Source of the DNA: a bacterium | Lineage (GTDB): Bacteria; Patescibacteriota; Minisyncoccia; UBA6257 | NCBI GenBank assembly: GCA_030673525.1 | Contig: DAOVIY010000001.1 | Coordinates: 1 to 29,280, forward strand | Reading direction: 5' to 3' | Length of the DNA: 29,280 bases | The notes under the pieces: generated by a model | Databases searched by the model: none | Seen by the model: only the letters and a program-made list of their open reading frames with translations | What the model was told of the DNA's origin: nothing | Part shown: positions 14,940 through 24,034 of the stretch, piece by piece | How positions within the stretch are numbered: the stretch's first letter is position 1 | Layout of the letters: each line of letters starts with the position of its first letter | Position numbers and translations under genes: made by a program

Positions 14940-16958
14940 ATGAAAACAAAACATATATTAAAAATTGGGATTTTTAGTATCACGCTTTTTGCCTTACTAA
15001 TTAGCCCTATTTTAAAATCTAACACCGTTCAGGTGAATGCAAATGGCCTAACAGAAGAACAAAAGGAAACAATCGATGTTTATATACAAGAATTCGATGC
15101 TGACGAACTTTGTAAAGTAAACACAGATGATTGGATAAAGGAATGTAAAAAAACCGAAAGTGATGTTGTGTGCTACGCACAAGGATTTTTTGTTAAACAA
15201 TGGTGTCAGGTTGTAAAAGGTACGCTTGAAGGACTTGGAAAAATGTTTTCTGCAATAATAGGTTTAGAAATAAGTTGGATATTAAAAGCATTGGAGCCGA
15301 GCACTTATGGCGGATTTGTTAATAATCCAGGAGTTCAACAAATATGGATAATATTACGCAATATTGTAAACGCTCTTTTAATTTTAGGGTTTATAGGTAT
15401 TGCTATTGCCACAATAGTTGGTTATAAAAAATACGCTTGGAAACAAATCCTTTGGAAATTAATAATTGTTGCCTTATTAATAAACTTTAGTTTAGTGATA
15501 TCAGGAATAATTGTAGACGTTTCTAATTATCTTTCTGGATATTTCTTGCACGCTGCACAAGGAGAAAACGAAAGCCTTGCTCCTCGCATCTTTAAAGGAC
15601 TTGGCTATACAGAAAAAGAAGGCCAGTTAGTACCTCCGGATTTGTTTGGTGAAAATAAATCTAAAATACCAGCAATTCCAGAAGATGAAGATAAAGATCC
15701 TGGAGGTACATATGCATACAACTTACGATTAGGTAATTTCTTTATTATTAGTTTTGTAATGATACTGGTTGGTGGCTTTGCTATCATCGCTTTATTAGCT
15801 ATTTATTTAACAATAATATTCAGGGCCTTTTTGATGATCATCCTCTTAGGAATATCGCCAGTCGTTTTTGCAGCTTGGATTTTTCCTGACACAGAAAAAT
15901 ATTGGAAAATGTGGTGGCAACAATTCCTAAAATGGTGTTTTTTCCCTGTTAGTTTTGCTTTTATACTATATCTTGCCATAACAGTAATGAATAATATGAA
16001 ATTCGGGACTGAAGACTCAATGACTACAACAATAATTCAGATGGTTCTATTCTCTATGTTTTTAGTTGGAGGATTAATTTTCTCCCTCCAAAGCGGAGGA
16101 GCAGGATCTCAATTAGTCATAAAACAAGCTACTAAGGCTGGAGCAGTAGCTGGCGCCTTTGTTGGTCACAAAACATTAAAAGGAGTCACGGGCTCAGAAA
16201 CATGGAGAAAAGCTCAAAAAAGATTGGAGGACAGTAAATTTGCACCTACACATGACATAGGAGTTTGGATGAGTAGACAACCTGGAAAAATTCGATCAGA
16301 TGAACTAAAACAAATTGAAGAAAATTATAAAGGAAGAGCCCCAGATCAAATTAGAGCTGATATGGAATTACATAAAACAGATAAGGGAAGGATGGCTTTG
16401 GGTGTTAACACATTAATAGGAAAAGAATCACTGGATTATAAAAAAGATGATAAATTCATTGAAATAGCTAAAAATCAACCAAATTTAGATGTTTCAGGAA
16501 TTAAAAAAATTCATCCAGAACTTCATGCTAAATACTTTACAAAACCTGAAGATATGGACAAAGCAATAGAACAGATGAAGCAAAAACTTCATGGAGTCTC
16601 TGACGATGAAGCTAAAAATCGTGTTACCACTAATCTTATGGTAGAACAACTGCTAAAATCTTCACCTGATGATATAAAATCAGGTAATTGGGAAGATATT
16701 CTTGGAAGATTAGAAGAAAAAGGACCACAGCATACCAATCGATTTTTCTATGGTCTTTTAGATAAAAATCTTCCAGCTGGAAATTTTGCTGCTATGCTTA
16801 GGTCAACAAATGATACTGAAAAACAAACAAAATGGGTACAAAAACTTGTAAAATCTGTCCGAGACAAAATCCACGGAAATGAAGAAACTGTTAAACAAGA
16901 ACTCAAAAGAAGAAAATACGATAAAAATCGTTTCTTGGCAGAATTTTTGCCTTTTTAA
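14940..16958 (+). CDS. VirB6/TrbL-like polytopic T4SS membrane protein with charged C-terminal tail
   Basis: Signal-like N-terminus, multiple TM helices (LRNIVNALLIL..., ALLINFSLVISGIIVD, WWQQFLKWCFFP); first gene of a PrgI/VirB4 cluster. Confidence 0.7.
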   Translation: MKTKHILKIGIFSITLFALLISPILKSNTVQVNANGLTEEQKETIDVYIQEFDADELCKVNTDDWIKECKKTESDVVCYAQGFFVKQWCQVVKGTLEGLGKMFSAIIGLEISWILKALEPSTYGGFVNNPGVQQIWIILRNIVNALLILGFIGIAIATIVGYKKYAWKQILWKLIIVALLINFSLVISGIIVDVSNYLSGYFLHAAQGENESLAPRIFKGLGYTEKEGQLVPPDLFGENKSKIPAIPEDEDKDPGGTYAYNLRLGNFFIISFVMILVGGFAIIALLAIYLTIIFRAFLMIILLGISPVVFAAWIFPDTEKYWKMWWQQFLKWCFFPVSFAFILYLAITVMNNMKFGTEDSMTTTIIQMVLFSMFLVGGLIFSLQSGGAGSQLVIKQATKAGAVAGAFVGHKTLKGVTGSETWRKAQKRLEDSKFAPTHDIGVWMSRQPGKIRSDELKQIEENYKGRAPDQIRADMELHKTDKGRMALGVNTLIGKESLDYKKDDKFIEIAKNQPNLDVSGIKKIHPELHAKYFTKPEDMDKAIEQMKQKLHGVSDDEAKNRVTTNLMVEQLLKSSPDDIKSGNWEDILGRLEEKGPQHTNRFFYGLLDKNLPAGNFAAMLRSTNDTEKQTKWVQKLVKSVRDKIHGNEETVKQELKRRKYDKNRFLAEFLPF

Positions 16959-16972
16959 TTTTACTGAGGAAT

Positions 16973-17884
16973 ATGGAAGAAACGAACAAAAACAAATTCC
17001 TAAAATCATTCAATAAACTTCCATTTCGTATTCAGGACTTTTTGGCCTCTGATAAAATGGGAGCAATTATAGATGATGCTTTAAATTTAGGTAAAGTTTC
17101 ATCTGAAAGATTTTCTAGTGTTATGGACATCATAACAAAAATTTTATCTTTTCAATTATCTAAAGATCAATTTAAGAATGAATTAGAAAAAAGAATCAAT
17201 ATTCCTCCAGCATCGGCTCAAATTGTTAATAAAGTAATTGAAGAAAAAGTCTTTAAAATGTTTGAGAAAGAATTGGGCCAATACAAACCTCATCCCTTGA
17301 AACAAAGGATTCCGCAGGAAATAGGAATAAAAGAAACAATAGAGCCTTCAGAACCCCAAAAGATAAGACCTGTCATAAAAGAAGAGATAGAACAAACTAT
17401 CTCTGAACAACCCTCTTCTGAACAAATTATTCCTAAATATTCTTTTCCTGAGCCATCTGAAGTAAAGATAGAAAAACCGATTAGTAAAGTAGAAGAATTA
17501 AAAAAAGTGGTTATTCCAAAAGTTTCTTCGGAACAACAAGAAAAGATTCGAGAAAAACTATTGGCAGTGATGCAGAAAAAAGATATCAAACCTAAGATTG
17601 TTGAAGAAATGAAAAAGGTTTTTTTAAAAAAACCCTTACCTAAAAAAACAAAAAAGCCATTAAGAAAAAAGTCCATGGGAGAAGTGGCATCTTCTAAAGT
17701 TTTAAGTGGTGAAGGAAAAAAATTTGAGGATGAAGAAGCTTTTGTGAAAACTGAAAAAGAAAAACCGTATATTCTTGACGTTAAATTAAAAGAAGAACAA
17801 AAAAGAAAAGAAGAATTATCTACTACTAAGGAACCCATCCCTTATAAAAAATATCAGAAGAAAAGTCCTTTTGGCAAAGCTTAA
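16973..17884 (+). CDS. Hypothetical protein: helical N-domain plus P/E/K-rich disordered tail
   Basis: 303-aa ORF tightly coupled within the cluster. Confidence 0.75.
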   Translation: MEETNKNKFLKSFNKLPFRIQDFLASDKMGAIIDDALNLGKVSSERFSSVMDIITKILSFQLSKDQFKNELEKRINIPPASAQIVNKVIEEKVFKMFEKELGQYKPHPLKQRIPQEIGIKETIEPSEPQKIRPVIKEEIEQTISEQPSSEQIIPKYSFPEPSEVKIEKPISKVEELKKVVIPKVSSEQQEKIREKLLAVMQKKDIKPKIVEEMKKVFLKKPLPKKTKKPLRKKSMGEVASSKVLSGEGKKFEDEEAFVKTEKEKPYILDVKLKEEQKRKEELSTTKEPIPYKKYQKKSPFGKA

Positions 17885-17888
17885 AAAT

Positions 17889-18287
17889 ATGATCTATCAA
17901 GTGCCCCAATTTATAAAAGAGGAGACAAAATTAATGGGTTGGATTACTTTTACCCAACTATGGATTTTATTATCTTTTGGCGGATTTATTCTTTTACTTT
18001 TTTTTGTTTTTAAATCATGGCTTTGGTTGATTTTAGCAATAATTCTCGCTCCAATCGGTTTTTCCCTCGCATTTGGAAAGATCCATGGTGTTCCTATTTA
18101 TACACTCGCTATGGCTGCAATTCGACATTTTTGGCTTCCAAAATACTATCTATGGAAAAAAGAAAGAACTTTTTCGAAAATACCTCATACTGTTTCTCAA
18201 AAATCCAAACCTACAGTAAAAACACAAATTAAAAAACAATTAGATAAAAAAACACTCAAGCAATTAACCGATATATTAGATAAATAA
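17889..18287 (+). CDS. PrgI-family (VirB3-like) two-TM protein
   Basis: MIYQVPQFIKEETKLMGWITFTQL, two TM helices, P..Y.WKK; start moved from 17871 to ATG 17889. Confidence 0.8.
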   Translation: MIYQVPQFIKEETKLMGWITFTQLWILLSFGGFILLLFFVFKSWLWLILAIILAPIGFSLAFGKIHGVPIYTLAMAAIRHFWLPKYYLWKKERTFSKIPHTVSQKSKPTVKTQIKKQLDKKTLKQLTDILDK

Positions 18288-18968
18288 ATGCCTAAAGAAA
18301 CATTCAGCAGCCAATCCCTCATTTCCCTTCAACACATTAGAAAAGGGGTAATTATTCTTAAAAACGGCTCCCTCCGTTCGGTTTTAGAAGTGTCGGGTAT
18401 AAATTTTGATTTAAAATCAGAAGAAGAACAATCTTCCGTGTTAATGAGCTGGCGTAATCTTATAAATAACTTAGATTTTCCATTACAAGTCGTGGCTCAC
18501 TCCAGACGTGTTAATATTGAATCTTATTTAAATCTTCTTCAAGAAAGAATTGGTCAAGAAACAAATAATCTGCTTAAGCTACAGGGAGAAGATTATTATA
18601 CATTTATTAAAGGGCTTGTTACTGGAAACAATATTATGAAAAAAAGATTCTATGTCATAGTGCCCTATGACCCTATTCTGTTCAAGCCCAGAACCGCATT
18701 AAGCCAAATATTGGAAGCTTACAAAACATTGCTTAATTTAAGACACCAGGCATTTTCCGCGATAATCCCTCTTGCTGATGAAAATTTCAACCAGCATTAT
18801 CAACAATTAATAATCCGTCAAAATAATATTATCACTAATTTAACTAGAATGGGGTTACAATCACATCCATTGACTACCAAAGAATTAATTGAATTATTTT
18901 TCAATTCATACAATCCAGAAGCCTTTGAAAAAGAATCCATAAATATTCCGGAAGAATTTAACAAATAA
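18288..18968 (+). CDS. TraC/VirB4-associated protein
   Basis: GSLRSVLEVSGINFDLKS, LDFPLQV, KKRFYVIVPY, ELIELFFNSYNP; lies between PrgI and VirB4. Confidence 0.7.
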   Translation: MPKETFSSQSLISLQHIRKGVIILKNGSLRSVLEVSGINFDLKSEEEQSSVLMSWRNLINNLDFPLQVVAHSRRVNIESYLNLLQERIGQETNNLLKLQGEDYYTFIKGLVTGNNIMKKRFYVIVPYDPILFKPRTALSQILEAYKTLLNLRHQAFSAIIPLADENFNQHYQQLIIRQNNIITNLTRMGLQSHPLTTKELIELFFNSYNPEAFEKESINIPEEFNK

Positions 18969-18971
18969 AAT

Positions 18972-20762
18972 ATGCGTTTTCCAAACCCATTTAAAAGAAA
19001 ACCTAAAAGCTCACAAATATTAGCTCAATCCCAGGCTATTTCTACACTTCAGGACTTAATTGCCCCTGCTGGATTAGAAATTAATACTAATTTTCTCAAA
19101 TTAGGAAATAAATATTGTTCAACTATTTTTATTCTAACTTATCCAAATTATTTAGCCTCCAACTGGTTTTCCTCAATTATTAATTTGGATGAATCTTTCA
19201 ATATCTCAATCTTTTTTCATCCACTTAGTATCAATAAAGTTTTGAGGGATCTAAGAAAAAAATCTGCCGAAATTCAAGCCCAATTAAGTATTGAAGCAGA
19301 TAAAGGGTTAGTTCGTAATCCTTTATTAGAAGCTGCCTTAAATAATGTTGAAAAACTAAGAGATACTATCCAACAAGGTAGTGAAAAACTTTTTGAGGTA
19401 GGTGTTTATGTCACCTTTTTTGCCAATAATAAAGAAGAACTTATAAAAATTGAAAGTAAAATTAAAAATATATTAGAACAACAGTCAATTTATGCAAAAC
19501 CAACAATTTTTAGAGAGTTTGAAGGCATGGAATCTTCCTTACCATTGGGTCTGGATAGATTATTACTAACTACTCCTTTAAATTCACAGCCAGCTTCAAC
19601 TCTTTTTCCGTTTTCTTCTTTAGACCTCTCAGAAAACAAAGGAATCCTTTATGGCGTCAACCTACATAATAATAGCTTAATTATTTTTGATCGCTTTGTT
19701 TTACCAAACGCAAATATGGTAGTTTTTGCTCAAACTGGCGCAGGAAAAAGTTATGCTATAAAATTGGAAATTCTTCGTTCATTATTATTACGAACTAATG
19801 TATTAATTATTGATCCTGAAAATGAATACGAATACTTAGCTGATTCAATTGGCGGAAGCTATTTTAAAATATCTGTTGCTTCTGATGATAATATTAATCC
19901 ATTTGAACTCCCTCAAGTAAAAGAAGAGGAAACTGGTGAAGAAGTTTTCCGTAACCATATTTTAAATCTTATCGGCCTAATTAAGTTAATGCTTGGTGGG
20001 CTTTCCCCTCAGGAAGAACTTCTATTAGACAGAGCAATTGTACAAACATACGCAAGTCGAGATATTTTTCCTAAAAATATGGCTGAGAAAAAAAATCTAC
20101 CATTAATGGAAGATTTAGAAAATGTCCTTAAGAATACCGAGGGAGGCGGAGATTTAGCAGCAAAACTTTATAAATTCACCAAGGGAAGCTATTCTGGTTT
20201 TCTCAATCAACCATCAAATATTAATATTAACAATCGTCTGGTCATCTTTGGAGTAAGAGAATTAGAAGAAGAACTCAGACCTATTGCCATGTATGTAGTA
20301 TTAAATTACATATGGACAATGGTAAAAAAGGATTTAAGAAAAAGAATTGTAATAATTGATGAAGGATGGTGGTTATTACGCCACGAAGAAAGCGCATCTT
20401 TTCTTTTTGGTCTAGTTAAAAGAGCACGAAAGTATTATATGGGAGTAACCTTTATTACACAGGATATAGAAGATGCTTTAAAATCGCCTTATGGAAAGCC
20501 ATTAATTACTAACTCTGCTTTGGCTCTTTTACTAAGGCAATCGCCTGCCAATATTGATATTATAGGCAAAGCTTTAAATCTTACAGAACAGGAAAAAACT
20601 ATCCTTTTGCAATCTTCTGTTGGTACAGGTCTCTTTTTTGCAGAAGATAAACATGCTGCTATCCAGATCATTGCCTCTTATGCTGAAGACCAAATTATTA
20701 CCTCAAACCCAGCTCAGCTTATAGATATTAAGAAAGCTAAAGAAGAGTTTAAAAAAGAGTAA
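18972..20762 (+). CDS. virB4: VirB4-like T4SS ATPase
   Basis: Walker A AQTGAGKS, IIDPENEY, Walker B IVIDEGW, RARKY..G..FITQD. Confidence 0.93.
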   Translation: MRFPNPFKRKPKSSQILAQSQAISTLQDLIAPAGLEINTNFLKLGNKYCSTIFILTYPNYLASNWFSSIINLDESFNISIFFHPLSINKVLRDLRKKSAEIQAQLSIEADKGLVRNPLLEAALNNVEKLRDTIQQGSEKLFEVGVYVTFFANNKEELIKIESKIKNILEQQSIYAKPTIFREFEGMESSLPLGLDRLLLTTPLNSQPASTLFPFSSLDLSENKGILYGVNLHNNSLIIFDRFVLPNANMVVFAQTGAGKSYAIKLEILRSLLLRTNVLIIDPENEYEYLADSIGGSYFKISVASDDNINPFELPQVKEEETGEEVFRNHILNLIGLIKLMLGGLSPQEELLLDRAIVQTYASRDIFPKNMAEKKNLPLMEDLENVLKNTEGGGDLAAKLYKFTKGSYSGFLNQPSNININNRLVIFGVRELEEELRPIAMYVVLNYIWTMVKKDLRKRIVIIDEGWWLLRHEESASFLFGLVKRARKYYMGVTFITQDIEDALKSPYGKPLITNSALALLLRQSPANIDIIGKALNLTEQEKTILLQSSVGTGLFFAEDKHAAIQIIASYAEDQIITSNPAQLIDIKKAKEEFKKE

Positions 20763-20773
20763 ACAGGATCATT

Positions 20774-21163
20774 ATGGAAAATAAAATGTCCCTCACGATA
20801 TTTCTCTTCTTATTAATAACAGCTGTTATTAAAGATGTTATAGAAATCTTTTTGGGGTTTATTCCTGGAATTAACCTCTTTGTTTGGATTATTGTCCTAC
20901 CTCTCGTCATTTATATCTTTGTTATTACACTTATCAGCGGAATAAGAGGTACATGGATTTTTATTGGTCAAGCATTGGACCTTATACCATTTGCCAGTAT
21001 TTTGCCTATTGCGACTGTAACTGTTATACTTGTCTACGTATTCCAAAAATCACCAGCACCTGTTAAAAAAACAATAAAAACAGTAACTAAACTTACAGCT
21101 GTAACATCACCAAAGATAAAAACTAAATCCACTCCTGTAACATCACCAAAGATAAAGATCTAA
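20774..21163 (+). CDS. Small membrane protein with basic tail carrying a 12-aa duplication
   Basis: Hydrophobic core with D..IPGI / DLIPFASILP; 22-bp exact repeat at 21099-21120 and 21135-21156. Confidence 0.7.
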   Translation: MENKMSLTIFLFLLITAVIKDVIEIFLGFIPGINLFVWIIVLPLVIYIFVITLISGIRGTWIFIGQALDLIPFASILPIATVTVILVYVFQKSPAPVKKTIKTVTKLTAVTSPKIKTKSTPVTSPKIKI

Positions 21164-21184
21164 TTATTTTAAATAATAAATAAT

Positions 21185-22078
21185 ATGTTTAAAAAGAATA
21201 TTTTTGAAAAAATAAACAAAATTCTATTAATTATTTTAATATTAAATTTAGGGTTATGGAATTTGTTTTTCACGCCTATGCAAGCTCAAGCATGTTTAGA
21301 TAAAAATGGTCAACCAACTACAAATTGCCATTCTTGTAATTCTGCTGGCCAATGTGTTGATGACCCTGATGGGCCTTATTGGTGCGCGCAATGTTTTGGT
21401 AAATGCTCTGGGTCGTCATCTACTGGTTCTACTGGTAGTTCTGGGCCCATTGATGTTGTTATAGTTGGACCAACGCCGGATTGCATGCCAGTAAATCCGG
21501 ATGACTTCTTTAGCACAATATCAAATCTCTATGATGGTACAGAAATGGCGGAAAACACCAAGCAAGAACTTTTAAACATGATACAAAATGACGAAAAAAT
21601 TCCTGAAACTCTAAAGCCGTATCTCATAAGCTCAATACAAAATGACGAAAACATTACAGATGCTGTCAAAAACGAACTTATAAATATAATACAGGAAAAC
21701 GGAATCATCCCAGAGAATTTAAAATCATTAGTTATAAACGCTGTAAAGGGAAATGCAGATATTTCAGGGCTTATTAAAAATTGGGTTTTAGATTTATTAC
21801 TCGAACATATAGATATTCAGCATATCTGTAAATCACTTTCAGATGCAGCCGCAAATATAATGATTTTTGGCACAACAATTGGCACCCCAATTTCTGTTGC
21901 TATCACTCAATTATGTCCGATGATTTTACAAGAGCTTTTAGAGACGTTTCTGCAAACATTACCAAGGCCGCCAGCTCCTCCTGATACACAAATAATTCAA
22001 TATCATATCTTTGATTCTTATCAATGGGAAATAGGAATTCCAGGGCTAGTTAATCCTGGCGATATTACTCAATTTTAA
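21185..22078 (+). CDS. Secreted Cys-rich protein with 4 x 18-aa helical repeats
   Basis: Signal peptide ending AQA; Cys-rich N-domain; Ser/Gly linker; repeats at 21563-21778. Confidence 0.7.
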   Translation: MFKKNIFEKINKILLIILILNLGLWNLFFTPMQAQACLDKNGQPTTNCHSCNSAGQCVDDPDGPYWCAQCFGKCSGSSSTGSTGSSGPIDVVIVGPTPDCMPVNPDDFFSTISNLYDGTEMAENTKQELLNMIQNDEKIPETLKPYLISSIQNDENITDAVKNELINIIQENGIIPENLKSLVINAVKGNADISGLIKNWVLDLLLEHIDIQHICKSLSDAAANIMIFGTTIGTPISVAITQLCPMILQELLETFLQTLPRPPAPPDTQIIQYHIFDSYQWEIGIPGLVNPGDITQF

Positions 22079-22086
22079 TAAAACTT

Positions 22087-22839
22087 ATGGCTCCAATAAA
22101 TTTAATAGAGGTTTTAATTTGGTGGGCATTCCGTCTTGCTGGAATTTTAGCTTTTGCTATGATTGTTTTTGCTGGTTTTCAATACCTTACTTCTGGCGGT
22201 AATACTGCCCAACAAAAAGACGCTCAGGAAAGAATTGTGAGCGCCATTATTGGTCTGATTTTATTATTTGCCTTTTATATCATTCTCTATACTATCAATC
22301 CTGATATCTTAAAAGTTTCAACGATTGAAACTACTATTCCTTCTGGACAAGCAATAATCGCTAAAGATACTCCAGCTACCGAAGAAACAAAACTTCAACA
22401 AATTGAAAATTTTGTTTTAATTGGGGCAAATGCAGAATTAGATAACTATAATCTTATTCCTTTGTCTAACGAATTCTCTGATGGCGCCTATATTGACAAA
22501 GAAACAGCTGATAAATTAGTAAATTTAGCGAAAAAAGATCTCGGTAATTGGACTGTAACAGAAGCTTGTATAAACATTTCTAATGGTAAGTGTATTACAA
22601 CCATTGACCATGAATCAACATGTCATTCTCTTGGAACTTGCGTTGATGTAGGTTATGGTGGCGATCCAGGTGAAATTATAAGTAAGGCTTTTATTGACGC
22701 TGCCAATCAAACTGGATTTGATGTTATAGATGAATATACAAACGATACGTCGCTATGGTGTTCGTCTTCTGGTTCTGGATTTCATCTTGAGTCTAACAAA
22801 AGTAATTGCACAAACGACGGTTGTTGGTTCTGCAATTAA
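22087..22839 (+). CDS. TrbC/VirB2-type pilin fused to Cys-rich extracellular domain with M15-like metallopeptidase motif
   Basis: Two-TM pilin core (LAGILAFAMIVFAGFQYLTSGGN...AIIGLILL...INPDIL); C-terminal HSLGTCVD (H-x6-D) and distal GFHL. Confidence 0.75.
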   Translation: MAPINLIEVLIWWAFRLAGILAFAMIVFAGFQYLTSGGNTAQQKDAQERIVSAIIGLILLFAFYIILYTINPDILKVSTIETTIPSGQAIIAKDTPATEETKLQQIENFVLIGANAELDNYNLIPLSNEFSDGAYIDKETADKLVNLAKKDLGNWTVTEACINISNGKCITTIDHESTCHSLGTCVDVGYGGDPGEIISKAFIDAANQTGFDVIDEYTNDTSLWCSSSGSGFHLESNKSNCTNDGCWFCN

Positions 22840-22847
22840 GAATCAAA

Positions 22848-23336
22848 TCATATCTCAGTAGCTTCTCTTTCTTGCGGCTTTATTATAATATGCCTTTCTT
22901 TTCTTTCTCCAATACTCTCTGTAGATACATCGCTCCTTAAAGCAATCTCCAAATGGATAATTCTTCTATCTCGTGCTCTCATAGGTGGTAATTCTATCTC
23001 CTTTTGTGATAAAGATACGTGACGAGCCGCTTTTTTAGCAAATTCTCTTAATTTTTCTTCCTGTATTGCCCGATAATTATTAATATCTAAAATAATCCTC
23101 CAAGGATAATCATTAGAACATTTTTTTGAAAAGATATTTAATAAATATTCTAATGCTTGCAGATTTTCTCCATCACGTCCTATTAAAAGACCGCTATAAT
23201 TAATCTCTGAATCAGTTTTAATTGAAAATTGAATAAGTTTATCCTGAGGACTTTCTTGTGTACTAATCTCAAAATTTACAAAACCGACAATTGTAAGTAA
23301 TTCTTCTAAAAAAGTTTTTACCTTCAATGTTTCCAT
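22848..23336 (-). CDS. jag: Jag/EloR RNA-binding protein (KH + R3H, short form)
   Basis: LIGRDGENLQALEYL (KH), LPPM...RRIIH (R3H). Confidence 0.9.
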   Translation of the reverse strand: METLKVKTFLEELLTIVGFVNFEISTQESPQDKLIQFSIKTDSEINYSGLLIGRDGENLQALEYLLNIFSKKCSNDYPWRIILDINNYRAIQEEKLREFAKKAARHVSLSQKEIELPPMRARDRRIIHLEIALRSDVSTESIGERKERHIIIKPQEREATEI

Positions 23337-23338
23337 AA

Positions 23339-24031
23339 TTAACTAATAGCCTTTACCTCTGGTGTTTGATTTAGGGATTGAGTATCTTTTTTAGTCATAT
23401 ATTCCTGCAGAATATTTACTAAAGTAAATCCAATCCAATACAAAATAACAATCGAGGGAAATCTCTGATAGAAAAATAAGATTATAAAAGGAAAACCAAA
23501 TAACATTGCTTTGTTCTGGCCCGAGCTTGGTTGAATAAAAGTTAAAAAGGAATTTAAGCAAGCTGAAATAATAGCAAGAGCAAGACTTGGGGCTTTAAGA
23601 TTAATAATGCCAAGAAATAAATAATTTATTTGTTCTGGTAATTTAACAAAGTTATAAAGATAAAGGGCCCAGTCATTGACTATAGCTTGCTTAAAAAATA
23701 TAAAAAGTGAAATAAAGATAGCCATTTGGAAAAAAATAAAAAAGAAAGAACCGCCAGGATTAATCTTTTCTTCTCTAAAAATCTTTATTACTTCCTGATT
23801 ACCCTTTATTGGTTCTTTCTTAAACTTCTTTTGGATTTCTTTGATTTTGGGCTGTAATTTCGCCATCTTTCTTTGGTCTCCCATAGCTTTTTTATACCAA
23901 GGCCAAATAGCAAGACGAATTATTGCTGCCAAAATTAAAACAGCCAATCCTAAATCACCTTTTGTTAAATTAGAAAGCAAGGCTAAAAAATTATATAATG
24001 GTTGAAAAATTAATAACTGAAAAATATTCAT
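23339..24031 (-). CDS. yidC: Membrane protein insertase YidC (short form)
   Basis: IRLAIWP, MAKLQPKIKEIQKK, INPG, LYW; located in the rpmH-rnpA-yidC-jag operon. Confidence 0.93.
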   Translation of the reverse strand: MNIFQLLIFQPLYNFLALLSNLTKGDLGLAVLILAAIIRLAIWPWYKKAMGDQRKMAKLQPKIKEIQKKFKKEPIKGNQEVIKIFREEKINPGGSFFFIFFQMAIFISLFIFFKQAIVNDWALYLYNFVKLPEQINYLFLGIINLKAPSLALAIISACLNSFLTFIQPSSGQNKAMLFGFPFIILFFYQRFPSIVILYWIGFTLVNILQEYMTKKDTQSLNQTPEVKAIS

Positions 24032-24034
24032 AAT

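Noticed and set aside
15605-20671. Short or antisense ORFs 15605-15787, 16803-17009, 17290-17838, 18017-18232, 20489-20671
   Set aside because: They overlap well-supported cluster genes in other frames or strands
14940-22839. Calling the T4SS-like cluster an ICE or mobile element
   Set aside because: No integrase, relaxase, coupling protein, att repeats or tRNA boundary; compositionally like the core genes
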